This document shows positions 1 to 9,639 of a DNA stretch of 64,000 nucleotides, one piece after another. The stretch is from Bacteroidia bacterium (GTDB lineage Bacteria; Bacteroidota; Bacteroidia; UKL13-3). Made by a program: the position numbers and the translations under genes. The notes beneath the pieces are model-generated. The model had not been told where the DNA came from. It saw only the letters and a list, made by a program, of their open reading frames with translations, and did no database searches. How positions within the stretch are numbered: position 1 is the first letter of the stretch; every line of letters starts with the position of its first letter. The stretch lies in the NCBI GenBank assembly GCA_044351265.1, contig JBILGC010000003.1, positions 22,886-86,885 on the forward strand. Reading direction: 5' to 3'.

Positions 1-1533
1 GGCAATGCCAGTGCCTCCGGAGGTCCTGCCGTTATTTTACTATTTATTTTTATTGCCATTGCCTGTTCGTTTTCTGCCATGAGCTATGCAGAGTTTGCCT
101 CCAGTATACCTATTTCCGGCAGTGCCTATACTTATGCATATGCAGCCTTTGGTGAACTTACCGCATGGATTATTGGCTGGGCCCTGATTGTAGAATATGC
201 CATAGGCAATATTGTAGTGGCTATAAGCTGGAGTGATTATTTTACCGGATTAATGGCAGGTGTGGGTCTGCATATTCCTGAGTTTTTAACAATGGATTAT
301 TTGAGTGCTAAAAATGGTTTTGCGCAGGCAAGCTTATGGTTAAGCAACGGGGAAACACTTACACAACCGTTGCAAGAACAAATGTTGGCTTGGCAACAAG
401 CGCCAGATATTTTTGGCATGAAACTAATTTGCGATTTACCTGCACTTGCTGTTGTGTTTGCTATCACTGCATTAATTTACCGTGGTGTGCACGAAACCAA
501 AACAGTAGGAAACTATTTTGTAGGATTAAAAATGAGTGTAATTGTATTGGTAATAATTGTGGGTGCATTTTATGTAAACCCGGGCAATTGGAGTCCGTTT
601 GCGCCCAATGGGTTGGCTGGTGTTTTAAAAGGTGTAGCTTCTGTATTTTTTGCCTATATCGGTTTTGATGCGCTGGCTACAACAGCTGAAGAATGCAAAA
701 ATCCAAAGAGAGATTTACCAAAAGCTATGATTGCATCCCTTACTATTTGCACTGTATTGTATATATTAATTGCACTCACCTTAACAGGATTAGTAAGTTA
801 TAAAGAACTAGGTGTAGGCGATCCATTGGCTCATGCGTTTGAACTCATTCACCTATCGTGGATGCAAGGCATTGTGGCCATTAGTGCAGTAATTGCTATG
901 GCCAGTGTATTGCTGGTTTTTCAAAATGGCCAACCACGCATTTGGATGAGCATGAGCAGAGACGGATTGTTGCCTGCAAAATTTAGTGCCATACATGGCA
1001 AGTATAAAACACCTGCATTTTCAACCATAGTAACAGGAATATTTGTAGCTGTACCTGCTTTGTTTTTAAATCTTAAAGAGGTAACCGATTTATCAAGTAT
1101 CGGAACTTTATTTGCGTTTGTAATTGTAAATGCAGGTGTTATTAGGATGGAGAGTCATAAAAACGAATACCATGTGGGTTTCAGGGTTCCTTACATCAAC
1201 GGGCGCTTACTGGTTCCATTGTTATGCTTGGTAAGTTTGTATTTTTATATAGTGTTAGGGGCAATGGCTGACGACCTAAATCTTGATCAAACCAAACAAC
1301 AAATGAATATACCCATGTTGCTATTTTGGTTTTTGTTTGTGATACTGGCTATTCTATCATTCAAAAAAAGATACTCAGCCATTCCGGCACTGGGAATGAT
1401 TAGTAATTTTTATTTGATGGCACAATTAAACTTTACCAACTGGGCCGCCTTTCTTATCTGGCTTTTGCTGGGCCTTATAATATATTTATTCTATGGTAGA
1501 TATAACAGCAAATTGAACACCAATCAGATTTAG
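1..1533 (+). CDS. Amino acid permease (APC superfamily), 5'-partial; the frame is open from position 1
   Basis: The 484-aa ORF is in frame with the window start (upstream translation GNASASGGPAVILLFIFIAIA... has no stop). It has about 12 hydrophobic helices and the motifs SGSAYTYAYAAFGE and FAYIGFD typical of APC amino-acid transporters. Confidence 0.8.
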   Translation, partial: GNASASGGPAVILLFIFIAIACSFSAMSYAEFASSIPISGSAYTYAYAAFGELTAWIIGWALIVEYAIGNIVVAISWSDYFTGLMAGVGLHIPEFLTMDYLSAKNGFAQASLWLSNGETLTQPLQEQMLAWQQAPDIFGMKLICDLPALAVVFAITALIYRGVHETKTVGNYFVGLKMSVIVLVIIVGAFYVNPGNWSPFAPNGLAGVLKGVASVFFAYIGFDALATTAEECKNPKRDLPKAMIASLTICTVLYILIALTLTGLVSYKELGVGDPLAHAFELIHLSWMQGIVAISAVIAMASVLLVFQNGQPRIWMSMSRDGLLPAKFSAIHGKYKTPAFSTIVTGIFVAVPALFLNLKEVTDLSSIGTLFAFVIVNAGVIRMESHKNEYHVGFRVPYINGRLLVPLLCLVSLYFYIVLGAMADDLNLDQTKQQMNIPMLLFWFLFVILAILSFKKRYSAIPALGMISNFYLMAQLNFTNWAAFLIWLLLGLIIYLFYGRYNSKLNTNQI

Positions 1534-1985
1534 CTGCTGTGGTCGCTAACGATGACCCATTTTTTATCATACTTTTTTAGCAGTAAACTAAAGTATCCCG
1601 CTAAGTTTCCTTTCTCCTTACGTGTAAGATTCCATTTACCCACAACATAGGCGTGGGTGGGCGAAATCACTTCTACCTTCAATATTTCAAAATCAAGATG
1701 ACCCATACTTTCTTTATCAGGGTATGATTTTTTATAATTATCGAGTGTGGCTTGCCAGCCTTTAGTGATGCCTCGTTTGCCAATAAAAGCAAGTGAATCG
1801 TTTTTCCAGTAGCCCATCATGTATTGCTCCAAGTTCCCATCGTTCCATGCATTTTTTTGGTTGATAAGGAGCTTCAAAATCAAAGTTTTGTCTGGTACCT
1901 GTTGCTTTATTTTGGCAGGCTTTCTGCGTTGCGCAGAAACCATAAAAGTTGTTGCGAGCAAAACAACAATTAGAAATTTTTTCAT
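1530..1985 (-). CDS. Secreted SnoaL-like / DUF4440 (NTF2-fold) domain protein
   Basis: N-terminal signal peptide MKKFLIVVLLATTFMVSAQ. About 130 aa with W/Y-rich NTF2-like motifs (YMMGYWKNDSLAFIG, YVVGKWNL). The 4-nt overlap with the convergent permease is only at the stop codons. Confidence 0.5.
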   Translation of the reverse strand: MKKFLIVVLLATTFMVSAQRRKPAKIKQQVPDKTLILKLLINQKNAWNDGNLEQYMMGYWKNDSLAFIGKRGITKGWQATLDNYKKSYPDKESMGHLDFEILKVEVISPTHAYVVGKWNLTRKEKGNLAGYFSLLLKKYDKKWVIVSDHSS

Positions 1986-2036
1986 GTCTATTTATGAGAA
2001 TTTTAGCGTGAGTAATCCTTATTGAAGCACATTTAA

Positions 2037-3371
2037 CTATGCTATTAAATGCCAAAGCTGATCCATAAAAGCGGCATCTTTTATTTTCTCTTCAGCCTTC
2101 TCAGCAATAATTCGTTCCAGCAAAACATCATTCTTTTTACCCTGAGCCAATGCATACGCATAAGGCATCGTTGTAAAGGATACCAATTCGTACTGCGATT
2201 TAAATTTGTCCGGATAAAGCTCTGCCAATTCATGCTCAATGAACTTCTTATGCAGAAAATGTTTATCGCCTACTTTGTCGGCCATTTCATAATAGTTTTG
2301 AATGGCAAGATCAGCAATGGCATCTGCATTGGGCTTGCGCAGCTCCTGATATGTTGCAAAAACTTGTGTCCAGTTGGGATAATATTTCTCCACGCATTCA
2401 TCCAATATCATCACATCTTCAAATGAACAATTCATTCCCTGCCCAAAAAACGGAACAATGGCATGGGCAGCATCACCAGCGAGCGCCAACTTATCTGATT
2501 TAACCCAAGGGAAACATTTAACCGTAACCAAAGATGAGGTTGGATTAGTAAAATAATCTTCTACCAGAGTAGGCATGAGTGGCACCGCATCGGGGAAATA
2601 GGTATTAAAAAACTGCATCACATCATCGGGCGTTTTGATGCGATCAAATCCGGTTTCACCATCAAATGGCATAAATAAAGTACAGGTAAAATCACCGGAA
2701 GGATTGGGTAGTGCTATCATCATAAACGCACCACGCGGCCAGATATGTAAATCATTTTTCTTCATCAGAAACTTACCTCCTTCTCCGGCAGGTATAGCCA
2801 ATTCTTTATAACCTACATGCAAGTATTGCTGCGAGTAATTAAATCTATCTGTTGTTTGCAAGCGCCCGCGTGTGGCAGCGTAGGCGCCATCGGTACCAAT
2901 AATTCTGTCAGACTGAATGGTTTTAATTGACCCATCTTCCATTTCGAACTTAGCAATGCCATTGTCTATATCTACATCCACGCATTTTGCCTGAAAATGC
3001 AGGTTGATATTGCTAAACTCATCCGCTAGCTCCAGGAGTTGAATATTTAACCTACCACGCGAAACAGAATTAATGGCCTGACCTTCTTTTCCGTATGGTT
3101 GAAAAGCAAGCTCACCGCTGATGCTGTGCATCATTCTGCCATACATGGGTATGGCATCACTCATGATTTCTTTATCGAGTCCAACTTTCTCAAGTGCTTT
3201 GAGTCCGCGCACAGAAAGGGCCAAATTAATAGACCTGCCTGCTGATATTTTATTCTTGCGCATATCCGGTCTACGTTCAAACAGGTTGATTTCAAAACCA
3301 CGTTTTGCTAAATAAATGGCCAATAAACTGCCTGACAATCCTCCGCCTATAATGGTTATTTTTTGTGTCAT
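2037..3371 (-). CDS. kmo: Kynurenine 3-monooxygenase (FAD-dependent)
   Basis: N-terminal FAD fold ITIIGGGLSGSLLAIYLAKRGFEINLFERRPD, RSINLAL, and GDAAHAIVPFFGQGMNCSFED. These line up closely with bacterial KMO (Pseudomonas fluorescens KMO [23 protein letters not shown]). Length is 444 aa. Confidence 0.9.
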   Translation of the reverse strand: MTQKITIIGGGLSGSLLAIYLAKRGFEINLFERRPDMRKNKISAGRSINLALSVRGLKALEKVGLDKEIMSDAIPMYGRMMHSISGELAFQPYGKEGQAINSVSRGRLNIQLLELADEFSNINLHFQAKCVDVDIDNGIAKFEMEDGSIKTIQSDRIIGTDGAYAATRGRLQTTDRFNYSQQYLHVGYKELAIPAGEGGKFLMKKNDLHIWPRGAFMMIALPNPSGDFTCTLFMPFDGETGFDRIKTPDDVMQFFNTYFPDAVPLMPTLVEDYFTNPTSSLVTVKCFPWVKSDKLALAGDAAHAIVPFFGQGMNCSFEDVMILDECVEKYYPNWTQVFATYQELRKPNADAIADLAIQNYYEMADKVGDKHFLHKKFIEHELAELYPDKFKSQYELVSFTTMPYAYALAQGKKNDVLLERIIAEKAEEKIKDAAFMDQLWHLIA

Positions 3372-3423
3372 CTGAATACTTATTAAATTAATTTTAATAT
3401 CTCCGCATCATCTTCTTCTTATG

Positions 3424-4686
3424 CTAAGCAAAATAATTTTTCAAAACCCGTCCGATATTCCAAACCTCTTCAAAGGTATTATACATTGGCACCGGACTCA
3501 TTCTAATTACATCCGGTTCGCGCCAATCGGGCAATACATTGTGTTCTACAAAATAGTCAAACAATTTTTTGCCGTTTTGTTTTACAATAATAGATAACTG
3601 GCAACCTCTTTCTGCCGGATTAGTTGGTGTGATAATCGTTATATGATCGCTAAAATCTTTTAAGATAAACTCTAAATATCCGGTCAATTTTTCACTCTTC
3701 CTTCTCAGATTTCCGATTCCGGCCTGTGCAAACAATTCAAGTGAAGCGTTGTGAATAGCCATAGGAAATATCTGGGCATTGCTAAGTTGCCAGCCTGCCG
3801 CACCTTGCATGGGCTTAAAGCCTTTTTTCATCTGAAAACGTTCCTTTTCATCATGTCCCCACCAACCGGCAAAACGTATGAGGTCCGGATTGTTTCCGTG
3901 ACGTTCATGCACAAATACACCGCTGGTGCCTCCCGGACCCGAGTTTAAATATTTATAGGTACACCAAACGGCAAAATCAACATTCCAATCATGCAATTGC
4001 AAATGCAGATTACCGGCAGCATGTGCACAATCAAAACCCACATTAGCACCCACCGCATGTGCAGCCTCTGTTATGGTTTTCATATCAAATGCCTGACCCG
4101 TGTAGTAATTCACACCACCCATCATCACTATAGCCAAATCATCTTTATGTTGGTTTATTTTGGTAATTATATCTTCTGTGCGCAGGGCATATTCTCCATC
4201 ACGCGGGGTAAGTTCAATAATGGCATCATCGGGATGAAATCCGTGGAACCTTGCCTGTGTTTCCATGGCGTATTGATCGCTTGGGAAAGCCGATACCTCC
4301 ATCATAATCTTATAACGCGTTTTTGTAGGGCGATAAAAGCTTACCATCATGAGATGCAGATTAGCAGTAAGATTATTCATAACCACGACCTCTGAAGGTT
4401 TTGCTCCAACAACAGTTGCGGCTTTTTCATTTAAAAAATGATGATAATACATCCATGGATTTTTACCTGCAAAGTGACCTTCTACCCCAAGCTCAGCCCA
4501 GTCCTTCAGTTCCTGCTCTATGGCATTCTTCACATTCTTAGGTTGCAAACCCAAAGAGTTTCCGCAGAGATAGGTTATTGGTTTTCCATCTTTTTGTAAC
4601 AAATGAAATTGACTGCGAAAATGCGCTAACTGATCTTCTTTATCTAACTGTTGTGCAAACTCATGTGTATTTAGAAATTGTGTCAT
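3424..4686 (-). CDS. kynU: Kynureninase (PLP-dependent)
   Basis: ITYLCGNSLGLQPK and CTYKYLNSGPG match kynureninase motifs (IYLDGNSLGARP, CTYKYLNGGPG). 420 aa, immediately downstream of kmo on the same strand. Confidence 0.9.
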   Translation of the reverse strand: MTQFLNTHEFAQQLDKEDQLAHFRSQFHLLQKDGKPITYLCGNSLGLQPKNVKNAIEQELKDWAELGVEGHFAGKNPWMYYHHFLNEKAATVVGAKPSEVVVMNNLTANLHLMMVSFYRPTKTRYKIMMEVSAFPSDQYAMETQARFHGFHPDDAIIELTPRDGEYALRTEDIITKINQHKDDLAIVMMGGVNYYTGQAFDMKTITEAAHAVGANVGFDCAHAAGNLHLQLHDWNVDFAVWCTYKYLNSGPGGTSGVFVHERHGNNPDLIRFAGWWGHDEKERFQMKKGFKPMQGAAGWQLSNAQIFPMAIHNASLELFAQAGIGNLRRKSEKLTGYLEFILKDFSDHITIITPTNPAERGCQLSIIVKQNGKKLFDYFVEHNVLPDWREPDVIRMSPVPMYNTFEEVWNIGRVLKNYFA

Positions 4687-4758
4687 ATGTTGCTCTATAA
4701 TTTAAATGCTGAACATCATTCAACATTCAGCATTTACATTCATAATTAAAATACAAAT

Positions 4759-6015
4759 CTACTTCACCAAATTTACCAAACTCATTTCTAATCCCTTCTT
4801 TAAAAGACCGGTGCGCTTTGGATTAAATTGATTTAAGCGCATTAAAGCTTGTCTGATGGTTTTAGATGCGTCTTTAAAAATCTCTTCATCACTCAACTGA
4901 AATTCTTCACTCATGCAGTATGCAAAAACCCTGGCCATACCGCAGTTGGCAATAAAATCAGGGATAACCGCCACCTGATCATCGGCACTGTTGCCTATTG
5001 CGCCAAGAAAAATTTCCTTATCGGCAAAAGGCACATTGGCTCCACAAGAAATAACTTCCAAATCGTTTGCCACCATTGCATCCAATTGCTCTTGAGTGAG
5101 CATACGAGATGCTGCGGCAGGAACAAATATTTCGGCACCTACGCTCCATATTTTTTGGTTAATATCATCATACGGAATAAACTCTAAACCCATTTTTTTG
5201 CAGGTATCTTTTGATAGTTTATTTCCATCTCGCTCAACAAATAATTGTTTGATTTCTTCTTTTGAAAATCCTTTTGGGTTGATAAATCCACCTTCCCTAT
5301 CAATAATACCTACGATCATTACATTCATTTGAGAGAGATAATATGCAGCTGCAGCAGCTACATTTCCCCAACCCTGAATGATGGCGCGTTTGTAAGCAAA
5401 ATTTGGCCCCCAAAAATCGTAGAAATGGCGGGCAGCTTCTGCCACACCCCAGCCGGTAATCATATCAGCCACCACATATTTCTTGGCTGTATCAGGAGAG
5501 AATCGGGCATCATCCAATACTTTAGAAACACCTTCACGCAGATTATTTATCATGCGTTTTTTACCTTCTTCATTGGGCTGAAAATGGCCAACTGCTGTGC
5601 CTTCCTGCGGATGCAGCAATCCGTACTTTTCGGTAATGGGAATTACTTCATGAATTTCATCTACATTTAAATCTCCACCTGTTCCGTAATATGTTTTCAG
5701 CAAAGGCATCACCGCTTTATACCAGCGCTCCAATACGCCTTTCTTCCGCGGATCGGCCGGATCAAAATTAATGCCTGACTTAGCTCCTCCTATGGGCGGA
5801 CCCGAAACAGTAAATTTTATTTCCATGGTTTTTGCCAAAGAAATTACCTCGTCCTTATTCAATCCCTTACGCATACGTGTGCCACCGCCTGCGCTACCAT
5901 TGCGTAATGAATTGATTACAACCCAACCTTCGGCTTCTGTTTCGCTATCTTTCCATTCAAAAACTATTTCCGGTTGCTTGCTTTCGTACTTCTGAATTAA
6001 TTTATCAATTTGCAT
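4759..6015 (-). CDS. Glu/Leu/Phe/Val dehydrogenase family protein (likely glutamate dehydrogenase-type)
   Basis: GGGTRMRKG substrate-domain motif, IGGAKSGINFDP (catalytic Lys region) and a C-terminal Rossmann GWGNVAAAAAYYL. 418 aa. Confidence 0.75.
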   Translation of the reverse strand: MQIDKLIQKYESKQPEIVFEWKDSETEAEGWVVINSLRNGSAGGGTRMRKGLNKDEVISLAKTMEIKFTVSGPPIGGAKSGINFDPADPRKKGVLERWYKAVMPLLKTYYGTGGDLNVDEIHEVIPITEKYGLLHPQEGTAVGHFQPNEEGKKRMINNLREGVSKVLDDARFSPDTAKKYVVADMITGWGVAEAARHFYDFWGPNFAYKRAIIQGWGNVAAAAAYYLSQMNVMIVGIIDREGGFINPKGFSKEEIKQLFVERDGNKLSKDTCKKMGLEFIPYDDINQKIWSVGAEIFVPAAASRMLTQEQLDAMVANDLEVISCGANVPFADKEIFLGAIGNSADDQVAVIPDFIANCGMARVFAYCMSEEFQLSDEEIFKDASKTIRQALMRLNQFNPKRTGLLKKGLEMSLVNLVK

Positions 6016-6075
6016 AGTAAGGGTATTGTTAAAATTGCGGCAAGATAAGTTCTTATTCTCACCTGAGGAACTGAT

Positions 6076-7155
6076 TTATATCAACGCGGAAAAATCGCCA
6101 TAAATCGCACCACCTATGCTGTTTCTGGATGCTCCGGTAACACTTTTTAAACTGTTATTCAGATTGTTCACCCGCAAGGCCCCAAGTAATGCAAAAATAA
6201 TGGCCTCTTTATATTGAATGGTTTGCTCATCAGGGATATGAATTTGGGTAATTTGTTGCTGCTGCACCTGCTCAATAAGATGGGTATTAAACGCTCCGCC
6301 TCCGGTAATAAGCATTTTTTCCGGTCGATATTTTTCCAATACCCGTTTAATCTGAAAAGCAATATGTGTAGATAGCGTGGTCATCATATTAGTCTCACTG
6401 ATATCGGAAGCAGATTTAACAACCGGCCAGAATACCTCATTGATCCATTCCCGTCCGAGTGACTTTGCTGTTTGAAGGTGATAATAATCCAAGTCATTTA
6501 ATTTATTTAAGAGTTCCTCATCTGCCACACCAGCCGCTGCAATTTTACCTTCATTATCATAAGCCAGATTTAACCAGCGTGCCACGCGATTCAGCACAAT
6601 ATTGCAGGGTGCAATATCAAAAGCCTTTATACTCTGCACACTTGTTAGACTTATGTTGGCAATACCACCCAAATTTAAACAGGCATCATAAGCTGAAAAA
6701 AGCAACTGATCACCGATGGGTACCAAAGGTGCCCCCTGCCCTCCAAGCGCCACATCAGTTGTTCTGAAATCGCATACCACCGGCAAACCGGTAATGGCAT
6801 TAATGGCTGCGCCATCTCCTATCTGTGCAGTGAAACCTGCATCAGGCTGATGGAAAATAGTATGGCCATGAGAACTGATCAGATCAGGCTTGATTTGATG
6901 TTTGGCTATAAACTGATTGACCAACTGACCCATAAACTTACCATAAAACGCACTTGTTTTAGGATATAAAAAAATGGGTTGCTTATACAATTGGGATAGC
7001 CTGATGCGCCATCTCTCTTCATAAGGAATGGTTTCGGCTACCGGGCAGGCATAACTCCAATAACCATTATCATTGTTCAGTATTACATAAGCAATATCTA
7101 CTCCATCCATGGAGGTACCACTCATGATTCCAATAACATGCAATTCGTTTTTCAT
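6076..7155 (-). CDS. anmK: Anhydro-N-acetylmuramic acid kinase
   Basis: N-terminus HVIGIMSGTSMDGVDIAYV matches AnmK (E. coli FIGVMSGTSLDGVD). 359 aa with an ASKHA fold length. Confidence 0.85.
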   Translation of the reverse strand: MKNELHVIGIMSGTSMDGVDIAYVILNNDNGYWSYACPVAETIPYEERWRIRLSQLYKQPIFLYPKTSAFYGKFMGQLVNQFIAKHQIKPDLISSHGHTIFHQPDAGFTAQIGDGAAINAITGLPVVCDFRTTDVALGGQGAPLVPIGDQLLFSAYDACLNLGGIANISLTSVQSIKAFDIAPCNIVLNRVARWLNLAYDNEGKIAAAGVADEELLNKLNDLDYYHLQTAKSLGREWINEVFWPVVKSASDISETNMMTTLSTHIAFQIKRVLEKYRPEKMLITGGGAFNTHLIEQVQQQQITQIHIPDEQTIQYKEAIIFALLGALRVNNLNNSLKSVTGASRNSIGGAIYGDFSALI

Positions 7156-7207
7156 GACAATGGGCGAAATTAACTTTTTACATTCATAAACTTTTTACCA
7201 TATTTGA

Positions 7208-8494
7208 TTGACTATGAAAACCAACAGAAGATCTTTTTTAAAACATACCGGTGCCGCAGTTATGGGCAGCTTGCTTATACCTACTGAAACGGCTAGAGCA
7301 GAATCTTTGGATGTATTAAAAAAACCAGCGGTAATTGATGATGAAGCATTTTGGAGCAGTGTAAGGAAACATTTTCCTCTTTCAACCGACTTTGCTTACT
7401 TAAATAACGGCACCATGGGGCCATCGCCATATTATGTGATAGAAGCAGTAAAAAAAGGCATGATGGATGGTGACCAATATGGCAACTATGGAGGCTGGGA
7501 AAACCTGCATGCGAAACTCGCAGCTTTTGTTGGTGCAGATGAAAAAGAAATTGCATTAACACATAATGTAACAGATGGAATAAATATTGCCTGCTGGGGA
7601 TTGCCTCTTAAAAAAGGCGATGAAGTGATTATGACCACCCATGAGCATGTGGGTAATGCCTATCCATGGCTTAACAGACAACGTTTACACGGTATTGTGA
7701 TTCGAACGTTTACACCTGCGCCAACCGCTGCGGAGACGTTGGAGCGCATTGCTTCTTTAATAAATAAAAAAACACGTGCACTTGCCATACCTCATATCCC
7801 GTGCACACAAGGACAAATTTTGCCTGCCAAAGAAATTTGTAAGCTAGGTAGAGATAATAGATTATTTATTTTTATTGATGGTGCACACGGGCCGGGCATG
7901 TTGCCATTGAATTTAAAAGAGATGGATTGTGATATGTATGCCAGCTGCTGCCACAAGTGGATGCTAGGACCAAAGGGAACGGGATTTTTGTACGTGAAAA
8001 AAGATTTTCAGCAAACATTACAACCTTATTATGTAGGCGGAGGCAGTGACAATGCCAAATGGAATATGGCTAAAACACCTGTCGAAATGGGCGATTATAC
8101 CGACTCCGCTCACCGCTACTATGGCGGCACGCAGTCATCAGGTTTATATAAAGGTGTAGAAGCATCTATTGAATTTATTGAGAGTATTGGGATGACACGT
8201 ATTCATGAACGCATCAAGTATTTGGGTAAATACACACAAGACCAATTGTTGGCATTAGGAGATAAAATTGAATTGCTGACACCAACAGAAGAACAATCGA
8301 GATGCTCTGTAAATGGCTTTAGGATTAAAGGGGTAGACTATGCCGCCTTTTATAAGAAAGCTGCAGAAGCCAAAGTGAGAATAAGAATGGTTCCGGAAAA
8401 CGGATTGAACTCCCTACGGGTATCTGCACATATTTACAATCGAAAAGAAGAGATTGATTTATTGATTGAGCTCATAAAAAAAGCCATCGGATGA
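7208..8494 (+). CDS. Class V-fold PLP-dependent aminotransferase/desulfurase-like enzyme with twin-arginine (Tat) signal
   Basis: N-terminus MTMKTNRRSFLKHTGAAVMGSLLIPTETARA is a Tat motif RRxFLK. The aminotransferase class V core has the PLP-Lys region SCCHKWMLGPKGTGFLYV. 428 aa. Confidence 0.7.
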   Translation: MTMKTNRRSFLKHTGAAVMGSLLIPTETARAESLDVLKKPAVIDDEAFWSSVRKHFPLSTDFAYLNNGTMGPSPYYVIEAVKKGMMDGDQYGNYGGWENLHAKLAAFVGADEKEIALTHNVTDGINIACWGLPLKKGDEVIMTTHEHVGNAYPWLNRQRLHGIVIRTFTPAPTAAETLERIASLINKKTRALAIPHIPCTQGQILPAKEICKLGRDNRLFIFIDGAHGPGMLPLNLKEMDCDMYASCCHKWMLGPKGTGFLYVKKDFQQTLQPYYVGGGSDNAKWNMAKTPVEMGDYTDSAHRYYGGTQSSGLYKGVEASIEFIESIGMTRIHERIKYLGKYTQDQLLALGDKIELLTPTEEQSRCSVNGFRIKGVDYAAFYKKAAEAKVRIRMVPENGLNSLRVSAHIYNRKEEIDLLIELIKKAIG

Positions 8495-8505
8495 TGGCTT
8501 TTTTT
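8476..8505 (+). terminator. Rho-independent terminator (hairpin gccatc-ggat-gatggc followed by a T7 run) overlapping the stop codon of the aminotransferase
   Basis: Sequence aaaaaagccatcggatgatggcttttttt, seen directly. Located between convergent genes. Confidence 0.5.
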
Positions 8506-8524
8506 ATTTCGACTTGAATAATAA

Positions 8525-8989
8525 TTACTTAACCGGCACAAGCGTGGCGATAATATTAAAGACCATTGGTGTACCCATACTGCTGTCAGTGAAAGTTTGC
8601 TTAAGCACCAGCTTATTATCTGTTAATTCATTTATATCTAAAGCAGTTGAACTCCCCTTTGCAGTCATAGTTAGTACCTTATCACTGTTGGATAATGCCC
8701 AGGTTCCGGAAGTAGAAGAGTCTCCACATGTGATATTTCCTGGATTATCTGTGTAGGTATTACCTGTTTTATTGAAAGTGGTGAAGTCATCTACCTCACA
8801 GGAATCTCTAGTCTGTGGAGTTCCGTTGAAAGAAATAGATTCAACTTCCCAAGATTTAGAGCTTCCTCCTGTTAAAAAATCAGTGGCAGATTTGGGGCTT
8901 GAAGACGAATTTGTATCATCCTTCTTACAAGCCGTAATTGCAAGAGTTGTGGCGAGTAAGAACATTAAAATTTTATGCATAGTTTTCAT
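8525..8989 (-). CDS. Small lipoprotein (lipocalin-like), hypothetical
   Basis: Lipoprotein signal MKTMHKILMFLLATTLAITAC followed by a Ser/Thr-rich linker and a 130-aa beta-rich domain. No catalytic motifs. Confidence 0.45.
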   Translation of the reverse strand: MKTMHKILMFLLATTLAITACKKDDTNSSSSPKSATDFLTGGSSKSWEVESISFNGTPQTRDSCEVDDFTTFNKTGNTYTDNPGNITCGDSSTSGTWALSNSDKVLTMTAKGSSTALDINELTDNKLVLKQTFTDSSMGTPMVFNIIATLVPVK

Positions 8990-9008
8990 ATAGATAATTG
9001 ATTTTTAA

Positions 9009-9626
9009 TTATGCAAATTTAGTAAATTTTTTGATGATATTTTCCAATTCATCAAAATCCTTTATGCCCACCATTTCCTCAAGGCTGCCTGTGATCCATA
9101 TGCCATCTGCATGAGTTGATTCAAAGGTCGAATAAAGTTCATCCGGGTTTTCAATGCCGCCTATAAAAAGTACAATAAGTTCAGGCAGCAATGCTTTAAT
9201 TCCACTGAGTTTCTGAATATCAATTGTTGAGGATATAAAGGCAAACCCGGCACATGCGTTACCGTAGGCCTGCACCTCTTTTTCTAGCTGTTCTTCGCTG
9301 AGTGAGGCAGTGTGAATACATTTTAAGACAGGCCTGCAAAGTTTAGTAAGTTCATCTGGCAGTAATTGATTATTTACCTCAATCATATCTAACTGCAACA
9401 GTTCAGCAATTTGGTTGATTTCATCAACTGTTTGCTCACCAAATTCACCCACCATAAAAGGGCCGGTAACCCAGTCAATAATTTCTTTGGCTTTTACAGG
9501 GGGAATAAAAGATGGGCTTAATGGATTAAAACAAAATCCTAAATAATCAAACCCTGCGGCAGCACCAAAACGTGCATCCGATAAATTATTTACCGCACTC
9601 AATTTAATTTTACAAACAAAACTCAT
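9009..9626 (-). CDS. Phosphoribosylanthranilate isomerase (TrpF)-like TIM-barrel protein, possibly non-canonical
   Basis: KIKLSAVNNLSDARFGAAAGFDYLGFCFNPLSPSFI aligns to the TrpF N-terminus (KICGLT..DA..A...GAD..GFVF...SPR.V), and later VGEFGEQ...IEV aligns to VGVF.N...QLHG. However, the Cys that is the catalytic base in TrpF is Lys here. The start was chosen at the internal Met (MSFVCKIKL); the longer ORF extends to 9659. Confidence 0.5.
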   Translation of the reverse strand: MSFVCKIKLSAVNNLSDARFGAAAGFDYLGFCFNPLSPSFIPPVKAKEIIDWVTGPFMVGEFGEQTVDEINQIAELLQLDMIEVNNQLLPDELTKLCRPVLKCIHTASLSEEQLEKEVQAYGNACAGFAFISSTIDIQKLSGIKALLPELIVLFIGGIENPDELYSTFESTHADGIWITGSLEEMVGIKDFDELENIIKKFTKFA

Positions 9627-9639
9627 CTGTTCATTATGA

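Noticed and set aside
336-668. A 110-aa Cys-rich ORF inside the amino-acid permease gene, plus many similar 60-130-aa ORFs on opposite or alternative frames throughout the window (e.g. 1762-2055, 2049-2426, 3991-4395, 4849-5187, 5329-5670, 13750-14058, 28777-28992, 53157-53492, 60006-60680)
   Set aside because: All lie wholly inside longer ORFs that have clear family signatures. They have low-complexity or Cys/His-rich composition typical of shadow frames in AT-rich DNA. They have no independent start context.
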